Virus record (IMG/VR): IMGVR_UViG_3300025098_000066
Location: 1 to 52,969 of that record
Strand: one strand, 5' to 3'
DNA from: a virus
Taxonomy: Duplodnaviria; Caudoviricetes
DNA length: 52,969 nt
A program made the translations under genes and the position numbers. Every line of letters starts with the position of its first letter. The stretch's first letter is position 1. Of this stretch, positions 1-8,678 are shown one piece after another. The notes beneath the pieces are model-generated. The model searched no databases, was not told the origin of the DNA, and saw only the letters and a list, made by a program, of their open reading frames with translations.

Positions 1-10
1 TTACAATTAA

Positions 11-136
11 CCCTTGCTAATACACTAACTAAGTGCTACAATTGTGTTATTGTTAAACTAGGTATAACCACACACAATGAACGATACTCCTGATAAGTAC
101 AGGTCGTTCGTCTTAACAGCTCAAAATGTAATACGA
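11..136. repeat. Terminal overlap (circular assembly), identical to 52844-52969
   Basis: 126 bp exact match; bases 1-10 differ from 52834-52843 at 3 positions. Confidence 0.95.
14..42 (+). promoter_or_regulatory. Sigma70-like promoter for internal virion/lysis genes
   Basis: TTGCTA-17bp-TACAAT with extended TG; shares AAGTGCTAYAAT with the capsid promoter. Confidence 0.6.
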
Positions 137-532
137 TATTGGACGGTACTAGAGCCGCATATCGATAGAGCTTTAGAACACGGTATAGGCGAACTAACCT
201 CCTTCGACATCTGCAAATTAGCACTAAAAAATCAAGCTCAGATTTGGGCTACAGTAGACCACAATGAAAAACTATCATGTGTGACGGTGACAAAGATTAT
301 AGTCACACAAAACACGAAACACCTTCACATTGTTTGCCTTACGTCTGTCGATTCCACGGTGCGCAGCATGAAGGATCAGTTCCATAATCTAGAAGATTTT
401 GCGAAACACAACGGCTGCAAGTCTTTGCAAGTCTGGGGCCGCAAGGGTTGGGAACGGAAGTTGAAACCACTAAAAAGTAGAAGCGGGAATAGCTTTAAGA
501 CGCTGTACTACGTTTTCGATCAGGAGATATAG
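77..532 (+). CDS. GNAT-fold virion assembly protein (P22 gp14-like position)
   Basis: LHIVCL...FAKHNGCKSLQVWGRKGW motif typical of phage GNAT-like proteins preceding ejection proteins. Confidence 0.6.
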   Translation: MNDTPDKYRSFVLTAQNVIRYWTVLEPHIDRALEHGIGELTSFDICKLALKNQAQIWATVDHNEKLSCVTVTKIIVTQNTKHLHIVCLTSVDSTVRSMKDQFHNLEDFAKHNGCKSLQVWGRKGWERKLKPLKSRSGNSFKTLYYVFDQEI

Positions 533-533
533 A

Positions 534-1814
534 ATGCTGTTTAATCCACTATTGCGCCACCTAAATCCACGAAGTTCAGGCCTTATTGTATTTAAAGGTG
601 GCGGTGGTGGCGGTACTCCAGAACCTGTTGTAGAAGAAGTAGAGGTAGAGGAAGTTGTTACCACACCTATAGCACCACCTCCACCTCCTCCTCCACCAGC
701 GCCTACTATCGATACTTCCAATCTAGCTAAGTCGGCTGCAATGGATGCAGGTTTTGCCAGCGTACTAGGCGATACGGGCAATATCTTATCCGACACTGGT
801 CAGATTAAATCCAACGTGAATACAGGTTTTGCGTCTATTGAAGACTTGCTGGGTCAGTATAATACTGCCTCACAACAGCAATTCAGCAACCTAAGTCAGG
901 GCCAGACCGCTGGCTTTCAGGACATGGGCAATCGCTTCGATACTGTCGATCAAGCTACAAGCAATCTTCAAGGCACGGTTGATCAAGGATTTGTAGATCA
1001 GGCACAGGGCTTTAGTGATGCACAGGCTAATCGCACGGCTAATGCGGCCCAAGCAGACGCAAGTTTTGCTGCCGCTGGTCAGGCTATGGATCAAGGATTT
1101 GCAAAAACCTCAGACCAGATGACCCAAACTCAGGCTAACGTCTTGGGCGGTCAAGCTAATATGCAAACAAATCTAGATACTATGTCTGACACTGCCGATA
1201 TTTACGCAGCCCAATCTATGCAAAACCAAGAAGCCCTGCAACAGGGTCAGGATCAATTTGTAAGTAGCTTTGATGATTACACTGACCGCTATGGTCAAGA
1301 TCAGAAATTAGCAACCAACTCCCGCAATGATATTTTTGAAGCACAGGCCAATCAATCTGAGAAACTGCGGGAAGATATTGGCGACTACTCACAGACGCTC
1401 CAAACTGGTCAGAAAGATTTGACGACTGAAATACAAGAACGCTCCGTTGGGTTGGAAGAACAGTTTGCTGAAGGTCTGGCTGGTCTGGATGCATCACAGA
1501 TTACACAGGCCCGTGATCAGGCTAGATCAGCTTCCCGGCTAACAAATCTAGAACCTGCAATGCGTACTAAGTTTAGCCAACTAGGCGCTTCATTTGATGA
1601 TGGAGGTCAACTTATTGCGAGTAGCATTGACGCAGATGGCGGCACAACAAACCGCTCAGTTGATCGCACTGGAAACCTTCTACTCAACAAATTTGATGTC
1701 ACTGGTCGATCAATGGGCGGAACATCAATTAACCTTCGTACCTCTCTTCAAGAGTTGAGCGACTTACAGGGCCGAGCAAGTGGCTTTGCCTCTCCATTCA
1801 CACAAACAGGATAA
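534..1814 (+). CDS. Putative internal virion/ejection protein
   Basis: 20-aa leader then KGGGGG; Pro-rich linker; Q/A/D-rich helical body; position. Confidence 0.55.
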   Translation: MLFNPLLRHLNPRSSGLIVFKGGGGGGTPEPVVEEVEVEEVVTTPIAPPPPPPPPAPTIDTSNLAKSAAMDAGFASVLGDTGNILSDTGQIKSNVNTGFASIEDLLGQYNTASQQQFSNLSQGQTAGFQDMGNRFDTVDQATSNLQGTVDQGFVDQAQGFSDAQANRTANAAQADASFAAAGQAMDQGFAKTSDQMTQTQANVLGGQANMQTNLDTMSDTADIYAAQSMQNQEALQQGQDQFVSSFDDYTDRYGQDQKLATNSRNDIFEAQANQSEKLREDIGDYSQTLQTGQKDLTTEIQERSVGLEEQFAEGLAGLDASQITQARDQARSASRLTNLEPAMRTKFSQLGASFDDGGQLIASSIDADGGTTNRSVDRTGNLLLNKFDVTGRSMGGTSINLRTSLQELSDLQGRASGFASPFTQTG

Positions 1815-1817
1815 ATT

Positions 1818-2549
1818 ATGCATCCAGCAACAGTATCAAAAGACTGCGTCGAACTAGTTAAAAAGTTCGAGGGTCTGCACAAATTAAAAGACGATGGGAT
1901 GGTACACGCCTATCGCTGTCCCGCAGGAAAGTGGACTTGCGGATTTGGGGCGACCAAAGGGGTACGCTCTGGAGTTAAGTGGACTAAAGAGTACTCCGAA
2001 ATGCGCCTGATCGAAGACCTAGAGGAACACGGCAAGATTGTTAAGAAGTACGTTAATGTACCTTTGACGCAATCACAGTACGATTCCCTTACCTCATTCG
2101 TATTCAATTTAGGCGGTGGTGCGTTCAGAACATCAACCTTGCTGAAGCGTCTGAACTCTGGAAAATACGACGAATGCCCTGAACAGATCATGCGGTGGAA
2201 CAAAGCCCGTGTCGATGGCAAACTAACGCCGCTTCGTGGTCTAACCCGCCGCCGCACCGCAGAGGCCGCTATCTTCTCCCGTGATGCACAATTACCTTCT
2301 GATGAAGGTGGGCCACAGATGGTTCAGAAACCTACCGCAGAAGCTCCTAAATCACTTGCTAAGTCAAAGACAATGGCTGGGGCCGGGATCGCTGGTGCAG
2401 CCACCGCAATGAATGAAGTAGCAGGGCAGATACAAGGTCTGGTAGCCTACGCCCCTATGCTCAAAACAATCTTCTTGGTGTGTGCAATCGGCGGCATAGC
2501 CTTGGCTGCATACGCTCGATTTAAAGATAATAAAGAAGGCGTCCACTAG
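1818..2549 (+). CDS. Endolysin, GH24 lysozyme with C-terminal hydrophobic helix
   Basis: FEG...AYRCPAGKWTCGFGAT, SFVFNLG, GLTRRR.AE motifs; C-terminal IFLVCAIGGIALAAY. Confidence 0.92.
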   Translation: MHPATVSKDCVELVKKFEGLHKLKDDGMVHAYRCPAGKWTCGFGATKGVRSGVKWTKEYSEMRLIEDLEEHGKIVKKYVNVPLTQSQYDSLTSFVFNLGGGAFRTSTLLKRLNSGKYDECPEQIMRWNKARVDGKLTPLRGLTRRRTAEAAIFSRDAQLPSDEGGPQMVQKPTAEAPKSLAKSKTMAGAGIAGAATAMNEVAGQIQGLVAYAPMLKTIFLVCAIGGIALAAYARFKDNKEGVH

Positions 2550-2788
2550 TGTTCATCTTTGGTAAAATTAAGATGTACATCATTGCCACGTTAGCATTGG
2601 CCCTGCCCATTATCTACGTCTTCGGGCAGATCAAAGGACGGGCAAAAGAGAAGAACAAAGTTCTTACTGATGAACTACAGGCGCAACAAAAGGCGGCTGA
2701 TTTTTATAAGGCGATGTCTGAAAATGAGAGCGATACTCTTACTGACCGCCGCTCTGTCACTGACAGGTTGCGCAAAAACGGTCTATAG
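2549..2788 (+). CDS. Putative inner-membrane spanin (Rz-like)
   Basis: N-terminal TM helix plus coiled coil; follows the lysin and overlaps a lipoprotein gene. Confidence 0.55.
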   Translation: MFIFGKIKMYIIATLALALPIIYVFGQIKGRAKEKNKVLTDELQAQQKAADFYKAMSENESDTLTDRRSVTDRLRKNGL

Positions 2789-2969
2789 AACCCAGCTTGA
2801 AATCTACTGCCCTCAAATCAAGCAGTACGATGAGCGGTTCAACACTAAATTAGCTGATGAATTAGAAAGTCTTCCCGCCACTGCTACGGCAATCGATGAG
2901 GCTGTCAAAAACTACATATACCTGCGTGATCGCATTCGCAGATGTAATGAGGAAAAGGATAAGATCTGA
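2724..2969 (+). CDS. Putative outer-membrane spanin lipoprotein (Rz1-like)
   Basis: Start moved to ATG 2724: MRAILLLTAALSLTG-C lipobox. Confidence 0.65.
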   Translation: MRAILLLTAALSLTGCAKTVYRTQLEIYCPQIKQYDERFNTKLADELESLPATATAIDEAVKNYIYLRDRIRRCNEEKDKI

Positions 2970-5371
2970 TGGGCGATTTTTGGGCAGACAATTTTGGCGG
3001 TGGTAATAGCTTCAAGGAAAGCGCAGCTAATGTGTTTACTCCTAACGATGGGGCTTCTTATGTAAACGGTACATTAACTTATGACAGCGGTAGTAACGCA
3101 GGTACGGTAGTCAAGGCAAACTCCTCTGGAGGGTTTGGTAGTGATGATGATGGTAAAGCAATTTATTCTGGTTCTGCAAATAACACCACTACAAACTCCG
3201 ATAACATTTCAGGTAATAAAAATAACGACTTCGTATTTAAAGGTACGGCCCCTAGCTCTAGCGGAGTTAACAAACTACTAGGGTTTGCTAACCCTTTTAG
3301 TGTCATCGGTAAGATTTCTGGCTGGGCGGCAGGAATTGATCCAGAAGTCGATGATAAGAAGGTTGTGGATGGTCAGCAAATCTACACTAAAACAGGTGAA
3401 GGAGGGATGTCGTACTCATACAACTTCCTAAATCAACCTTACGAGGTGGATGTCGTAGACGGTAAGGTTGTTGATAAGTTATCACAGGATAAAAATGGTA
3501 AATACCCTGGGGATGAGGGATATGATAAGTCTACCACCCGATACGCTGAAATGGCTGAAGATCTCCGCAAACAAGGTAAGGATGACGAAGCTGATGCAGT
3601 TATGCAGGAAGCCGAGGATAATGCTAATCCAAATGATGGCAGTGACGCCGCATCTACTGGCGCTGAAACAATTGTTAAGATGGCTCAAGAAGCAGGTATG
3701 GCTGCGAGTAACGAGCAGATCCAAGCTATCATCGATGATCCTGCGGGATGGTTAAAAGCAAATGGTGCAACTTTAGTAGATAAAGTTCCTAATTTAGATC
3801 CAGAAACAGCGGGTACACTATTAGATCCAAATAGCCCTAACTATCTCTTAGGAGAAAGTCCTAAAGTCGATATAAGCACCGTGGGGGCTATTTCTACAGT
3901 CGATAGTATGGAGAACCCAGAGGCAGAAACTTATGATGCTAGTACTACTGCAAACCAACTAGGAACGGATGAAACCACGGTTGATGCAGCTATAGGTAAT
4001 ATCCGTGATGAAAACCTGGTAGATGCTGAACAGATCGACATGCAGGGCGCTGCTACAGGCGTTAATGCTGATGGCACACGAAGTGTCACGGGAGAAGCAC
4101 TAAACGATTTTGCTGCCCAAGACATTAGTATGATTATTGATACGTCTACCGTTGGAGGTAAGCTCCTTGCAGATAAATTAGGGCAAGGGAACTACACTGA
4201 TAGCAAGGCTACTATTTTAGGGCAGATGGAGATTATCTCCGCTGAGTTTAAAAATAGTAATGGTGACCCTGTGATTCCCACATGGGCGCAAGCACTTTCC
4301 CGTGACGTTGCAAAGACTATGGCATTCTCAGGTATTTCTGGGACAGCACAGACTGCCGCCATGTCTAACGCAATCATGGAAGCCACCTTGGGGATTGCGG
4401 AAAAAGAAGCCACCTTCTTTCAGACATTAACTACAAAGAATTTAGATAACCGCCAACAGGCCATCATCAATAAGGCCAGTGTTCTTGCAAAATTTGAAGT
4501 AGCTAATTTAGATGCTCGACAGGCCGCAGCGGTACAGAATGCTAAAGCCTTCTTACAAATGGACATGGCTAACCTGACCAATGAGCAACAGGCAGAAGTT
4601 GTAAACACTCAGGCGATGGTTGATGCCCTCTTTAATGACCAGGCTGCAATAAATGCTGCACGATTGTTTGGGGCAGAACAGTCCAACGATATGCAGAAGT
4701 ATTACGATAATATGAATGCACAAATCTCCATGCAAAACTCTGAGCAGATCAATCAGATGAAAAAGTTCAATGCTGGTGAAATCAATGATGGGCGAGAATT
4801 CAACTCAAGATTAGAGCAATCCCGCCAAGAGTTTTACGCCAACATGCAGTACAACTTAGATCTGGCTAATGCCAAGTGGCGTCAGACGGTGGCAACAACA
4901 AACACCGAAATGCAGTTTGAGGCAGCTACATTAGACGTAAAAAACACCTTAGATCTTTCCACAGAAGCCATGACCCGTATGTGGGATCGTGTAGATAATA
5001 TGTTGGACTATATTTTTAAAGGATGGAATGCGGAAGCAGATCGTGATGCTACAATCCTCGCCGCAGAAATTAGAGCGCAAGCATCCGCTGGGGGTGGTGG
5101 TAATGGTATCATAGATGGTTTGTTTAGCCTTGGTGCAGCTTGGATCACATCTAAATCAGATGAACGCCTGAAAGAAAATATTGAATACTTCGACACAATC
5201 CGAGGGGTGAAATATTACACTTGGGATTGGAACAGCGAAGGAAAGCGGGTGGGGGCAGACAAGTACCCTAGTTTTGGCGTGATCGCTCAACAAGTACAGA
5301 AAAAATATCCAAATGCAGTGTCTACGGGTGAGGATGGATACCTAATGGTAAACTATGGAGAGATCCAATGA
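2969..5371 (+). CDS. Virion protein with C-terminal peptidase S74-like (intramolecular chaperone) domain
   Basis: KSDERLKENIE...YYTWDWN...GVIAQQVQ...GYLMVNY; long A/Q/N-rich helical region. Confidence 0.7.
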   Translation: MGDFWADNFGGGNSFKESAANVFTPNDGASYVNGTLTYDSGSNAGTVVKANSSGGFGSDDDGKAIYSGSANNTTTNSDNISGNKNNDFVFKGTAPSSSGVNKLLGFANPFSVIGKISGWAAGIDPEVDDKKVVDGQQIYTKTGEGGMSYSYNFLNQPYEVDVVDGKVVDKLSQDKNGKYPGDEGYDKSTTRYAEMAEDLRKQGKDDEADAVMQEAEDNANPNDGSDAASTGAETIVKMAQEAGMAASNEQIQAIIDDPAGWLKANGATLVDKVPNLDPETAGTLLDPNSPNYLLGESPKVDISTVGAISTVDSMENPEAETYDASTTANQLGTDETTVDAAIGNIRDENLVDAEQIDMQGAATGVNADGTRSVTGEALNDFAAQDISMIIDTSTVGGKLLADKLGQGNYTDSKATILGQMEIISAEFKNSNGDPVIPTWAQALSRDVAKTMAFSGISGTAQTAAMSNAIMEATLGIAEKEATFFQTLTTKNLDNRQQAIINKASVLAKFEVANLDARQAAAVQNAKAFLQMDMANLTNEQQAEVVNTQAMVDALFNDQAAINAARLFGAEQSNDMQKYYDNMNAQISMQNSEQINQMKKFNAGEINDGREFNSRLEQSRQEFYANMQYNLDLANAKWRQTVATTNTEMQFEAATLDVKNTLDLSTEAMTRMWDRVDNMLDYIFKGWNAEADRDATILAAEIRAQASAGGGGNGIIDGLFSLGAAWITSKSDERLKENIEYFDTIRGVKYYTWDWNSEGKRVGADKYPSFGVIAQQVQKKYPNAVSTGEDGYLMVNYGEIQ

Positions 5372-5547
5372 AATTTGAAGACGCCGTAAAGAAATCCATT
5401 AAAAACTTTATGCAAGGCAAACTTCCTAGCTCCACCAATGAGCTAATAGAAGATGGTATTTTTCATACCCCTGAATACTTTGATGAGTTGGAAGAAACCA
5501 TCTTAGGAGAAGCTAAAGAAGAGGAGAGCGTAGATGAAGATGTTTGA
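5368..5547 (+). CDS. Hypothetical 59-aa protein (not in ORF track)
   Basis: ATGA overlap with upstream stop, GGAG SD; MKFEDAVKKSIKNFMQG... Confidence 0.7.
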   Translation: MKFEDAVKKSIKNFMQGKLPSSTNELIEDGIFHTPEYFDELEETILGEAKEEESVDEDV

Positions 5548-6085
5548 TGCCCCCATTGCGGGTGCGAACTACGCCGCCGATACACGAAACTACCCTTGGC
5601 ATAGGCCCCCCGACATTGTGGATTACGATGAAGGTGTTGATTACCTGATCACTAAAATGAAAGAGCCAGAGCAACTAGAACTAGTATTCTCTCTACTAGA
5701 AATAGATGCACAGGTGACTACCGTTGTATCATCCCTGTTAATGCAGGGTATCTCCCGTGGTAAATTCTCTATTGATCTAGCCGTACTTATGGCAGGGCCA
5801 GTTGCCCGTTACATCAGTATCATAGCTGATGAACAGGACATCAAATACGATATGGGCGTTGGCGAAAAAGATCGTGTTAGCATTACTCCTACCTCATTAA
5901 AAATGGCGCTGGGCATCTACGATGAAGAAGAAACCCTAGAGGTATTAGAAGAAGCACCCGTTGTGGCTATCCCTGAAGGTGGCCTCATGGGCGCTCCCAC
6001 CGAGGATGAGTCTGCGTCTGAGGACGAACAGGCTGCAATGTTGGGTATGGTAGAAGAAGAGGAGCCTACAGATGAGTTGGCGTAA
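5534..6085 (+). CDS. Hypothetical virion-associated protein
   Basis: FDAPI.G...NYPWHRPP motif, acidic C-terminus, within the structural operon. Confidence 0.6.
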   Translation: MKMFDAPIAGANYAADTRNYPWHRPPDIVDYDEGVDYLITKMKEPEQLELVFSLLEIDAQVTTVVSSLLMQGISRGKFSIDLAVLMAGPVARYISIIADEQDIKYDMGVGEKDRVSITPTSLKMALGIYDEEETLEVLEEAPVVAIPEGGLMGAPTEDESASEDEQAAMLGMVEEEEPTDELA

Positions 6086-8678
6086 TGCACGGGCTAAAGT
6101 AGACAGAGGCTTCTACAAAAAACAGGATAATGCGATTGGTGATGGGTTTGCTAAAGCTGCAAACATCATAGCTAAAAGCTGGATGCAAGACGCTGCCGAC
6201 GAAAAAGTAGCAGAGAAAGAGCGTATAAAAGAAGAAAAGGCCGAGCGTAAACGTGTACGGGCGGCACAACAAAAGGCAGAGTTAGCAGAGAAAAAGCTTA
6301 AAGATAATGCACTCTACCTTGCCCGTACTTACACGAATGATCCCACGAATGTCGCCGCAGTTAAGTTTTTCTATGAGAATTTAAGTCTTATGGGGGGCGA
6401 TGTGGGTGATGTTATGACCTACGCTGACAGGCTTATTGAAGATAATAGACTAAGCTTTATTCCATCTACGACAAAAACAGAAACCGTCGAGTACCAAGGG
6501 CCAAACGTCCCTGCTAATGCGAAATTAAAAGACTTCGGAGGTAAAGTAGGTAGTAACTTTACTAACGATGGTAGAGATGTAACTCTGGGTGATCTTCCTA
6601 ATATAATCATTAACGACACGAATAGCTCATCTCTCAAGGCACAAGCGTCTGAGATGAATGATATGTTTGGAGACTTGGCAGAGGGTACAACGCTTCCAGA
6701 ACCTGGGGAAGTAGAAGTTCCTGTGCCAGGAGGCATAGAGTTTACCGCAGCCAAACGGAAATATGAAAAAATTGATATTTCTAAACTTAAAACATATGAA
6801 GATTGGTCTGCAACAAATACAGATATTAGCGCAAATAGCAGAAATGTAGATCCAGAGTTTATGAAGTTCTTTAATGAACGAGGTCAGAACCTACTGGATC
6901 TTGAAAAAACAGAAAAAGTTGAAAATCTATTCTCTATGGAAGTCTTGCTTGGGGATGATATGACCGCCAGTAAGTTACAAGACCGTATTGATTTAGCAAA
7001 AGCTAAAAGTATGGAAGTACCTGAATACATTGCCTCAGATGTACTTCCGATACTACAAGATAGAGGCGAGTATACACAAAAAGAATTAATTACGATGGCT
7101 CCAGAAAAACGTGCGCTGGTGGCTAAGTACTCTACAGATCCTAAGTCTAGAGAGGCCGCTGCTAGAATAAATTCAGGGGATGTTGCCGCATACTCTTGGA
7201 TATCAGAGGCATCTGGTAGTGCGGAAGCAATGACTGCTAAATCTAAAGAATTCTTCCAAGCAGAGGATCTGGTTAACTTCAACTTGGCGTCTACTATGGC
7301 AACAAGTCTGGCTAGAGGTGAAGCCCCATACAAAGACCTTCTTAAACCAACCTATCTAGTAGGTAAAACCTTACAAGAGTTGACTTCAATTAAGCGTATC
7401 GCTGAGAGTGGGGGCGCAACGACAGAGGAACTAGCAGTTCTAGGTGAAGAAATAGCCTCCGCACAGACTTTATTCGATAGTTCTGAATATCGTAGATATG
7501 CTGAAGGTGCTACCAGCTTTGATAAGACTTCTACGCAGATTTCCTTGGCAACAGAAGAAGGTGCATCATCTGAAACTATTAATGCCCTTAACGCACTGGC
7601 GGCTACACAGTCTAAGGCCGCAAGAGATCTAGCCCAAATTCAGAAAAACGGATTTGGAACACAGGCTATGGACGCTGTTATAACAGATAAAAACGGACAA
7701 AAGCGGTACGGGACAGTTTATAGGAAGCCTGGAGAAGAGGGTCTTATTGATGGTGCGGGTAATCCTGTAACAAACGCCGTTCCAATGTCGAGTATACAAG
7801 AAGACGCATACAAGACAATTAGAACAGAAACTCAGAAAATTGGTAATGAACTAGCTATTGCCAACGCAGCAATTACGGAAGGTATGCGTACTGCGGTTTC
7901 TGCGGTGGAAATAGTGCGAAACGATCAGCGGGTAAGAGGCGCTGGCGGTAAGGCTGCATTAGCCATTCGTAACTTAGTTGCAGGGGGTGGAGAACTCCTA
8001 TCAGTTGCGGAAGGCTTGTTTGAGGGAAAGCCCGACGATCATAAAATTACTCTGGAAGAACTCAAAGCTACAGGATCATTTGATAATGAATTCTTAAATG
8101 CGGTTGTTTCGGGTAATGTGCAAAACCTAGCCACTGAAACTGCACGGTTCCAAGCTAAGATGCTATCTCTAGCGTTTCAGGTCGGTCGCATGGAAGGTCA
8201 GTCTGGTAATGCTATGTCCAACCAAGACTTTAAGAAGATAATGGAAATTGTGAACACAGGTGGGGGTGCAGAAGCCTTTGAAACAAGTCTCATAGACTAC
8301 ATGGGTACTAAGTTGAAGGGCTATGATGATAAGACGCTTAACCTAATTGCAGGAAATACAAACGTAGCAACCTTCAAGCAAGACTACGGATTCCTACCAA
8401 TTGCAGAACCCCTGACTATGGCTCAGTATGTGGAGTTGCGTGACGAAGACAGCCTCACATCTGCATATAAAATGTTTAGTGGGCAAGGGTCAGAGCAGCC
8501 CCCTAGAAGTATTGATAATAGCCCTATAGAGGGATTGAGCGTAGTGCAATTTGGAAAGCTTCAGAAATATGCCAACGACGGTATACCAGATAAGGTTTTG
8601 AGGGACACCCTAACACGATTCGGAATATCTGACGTAGATGCTGCATTAGAGGCAATCAAAAAAGCGGGGTCAGAATAA
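6072..8678 (+). CDS. Putative internal virion protein
   Basis: 868-aa ORF, translationally coupled; position. Confidence 0.55.
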   Translation: MSWRNARAKVDRGFYKKQDNAIGDGFAKAANIIAKSWMQDAADEKVAEKERIKEEKAERKRVRAAQQKAELAEKKLKDNALYLARTYTNDPTNVAAVKFFYENLSLMGGDVGDVMTYADRLIEDNRLSFIPSTTKTETVEYQGPNVPANAKLKDFGGKVGSNFTNDGRDVTLGDLPNIIINDTNSSSLKAQASEMNDMFGDLAEGTTLPEPGEVEVPVPGGIEFTAAKRKYEKIDISKLKTYEDWSATNTDISANSRNVDPEFMKFFNERGQNLLDLEKTEKVENLFSMEVLLGDDMTASKLQDRIDLAKAKSMEVPEYIASDVLPILQDRGEYTQKELITMAPEKRALVAKYSTDPKSREAAARINSGDVAAYSWISEASGSAEAMTAKSKEFFQAEDLVNFNLASTMATSLARGEAPYKDLLKPTYLVGKTLQELTSIKRIAESGGATTEELAVLGEEIASAQTLFDSSEYRRYAEGATSFDKTSTQISLATEEGASSETINALNALAATQSKAARDLAQIQKNGFGTQAMDAVITDKNGQKRYGTVYRKPGEEGLIDGAGNPVTNAVPMSSIQEDAYKTIRTETQKIGNELAIANAAITEGMRTAVSAVEIVRNDQRVRGAGGKAALAIRNLVAGGGELLSVAEGLFEGKPDDHKITLEELKATGSFDNEFLNAVVSGNVQNLATETARFQAKMLSLAFQVGRMEGQSGNAMSNQDFKKIMEIVNTGGGAEAFETSLIDYMGTKLKGYDDKTLNLIAGNTNVATFKQDYGFLPIAEPLTMAQYVELRDEDSLTSAYKMFSGQGSEQPPRSIDNSPIEGLSVVQFGKLQKYANDGIPDKVLRDTLTRFGISDVDAALEAIKKAGSE

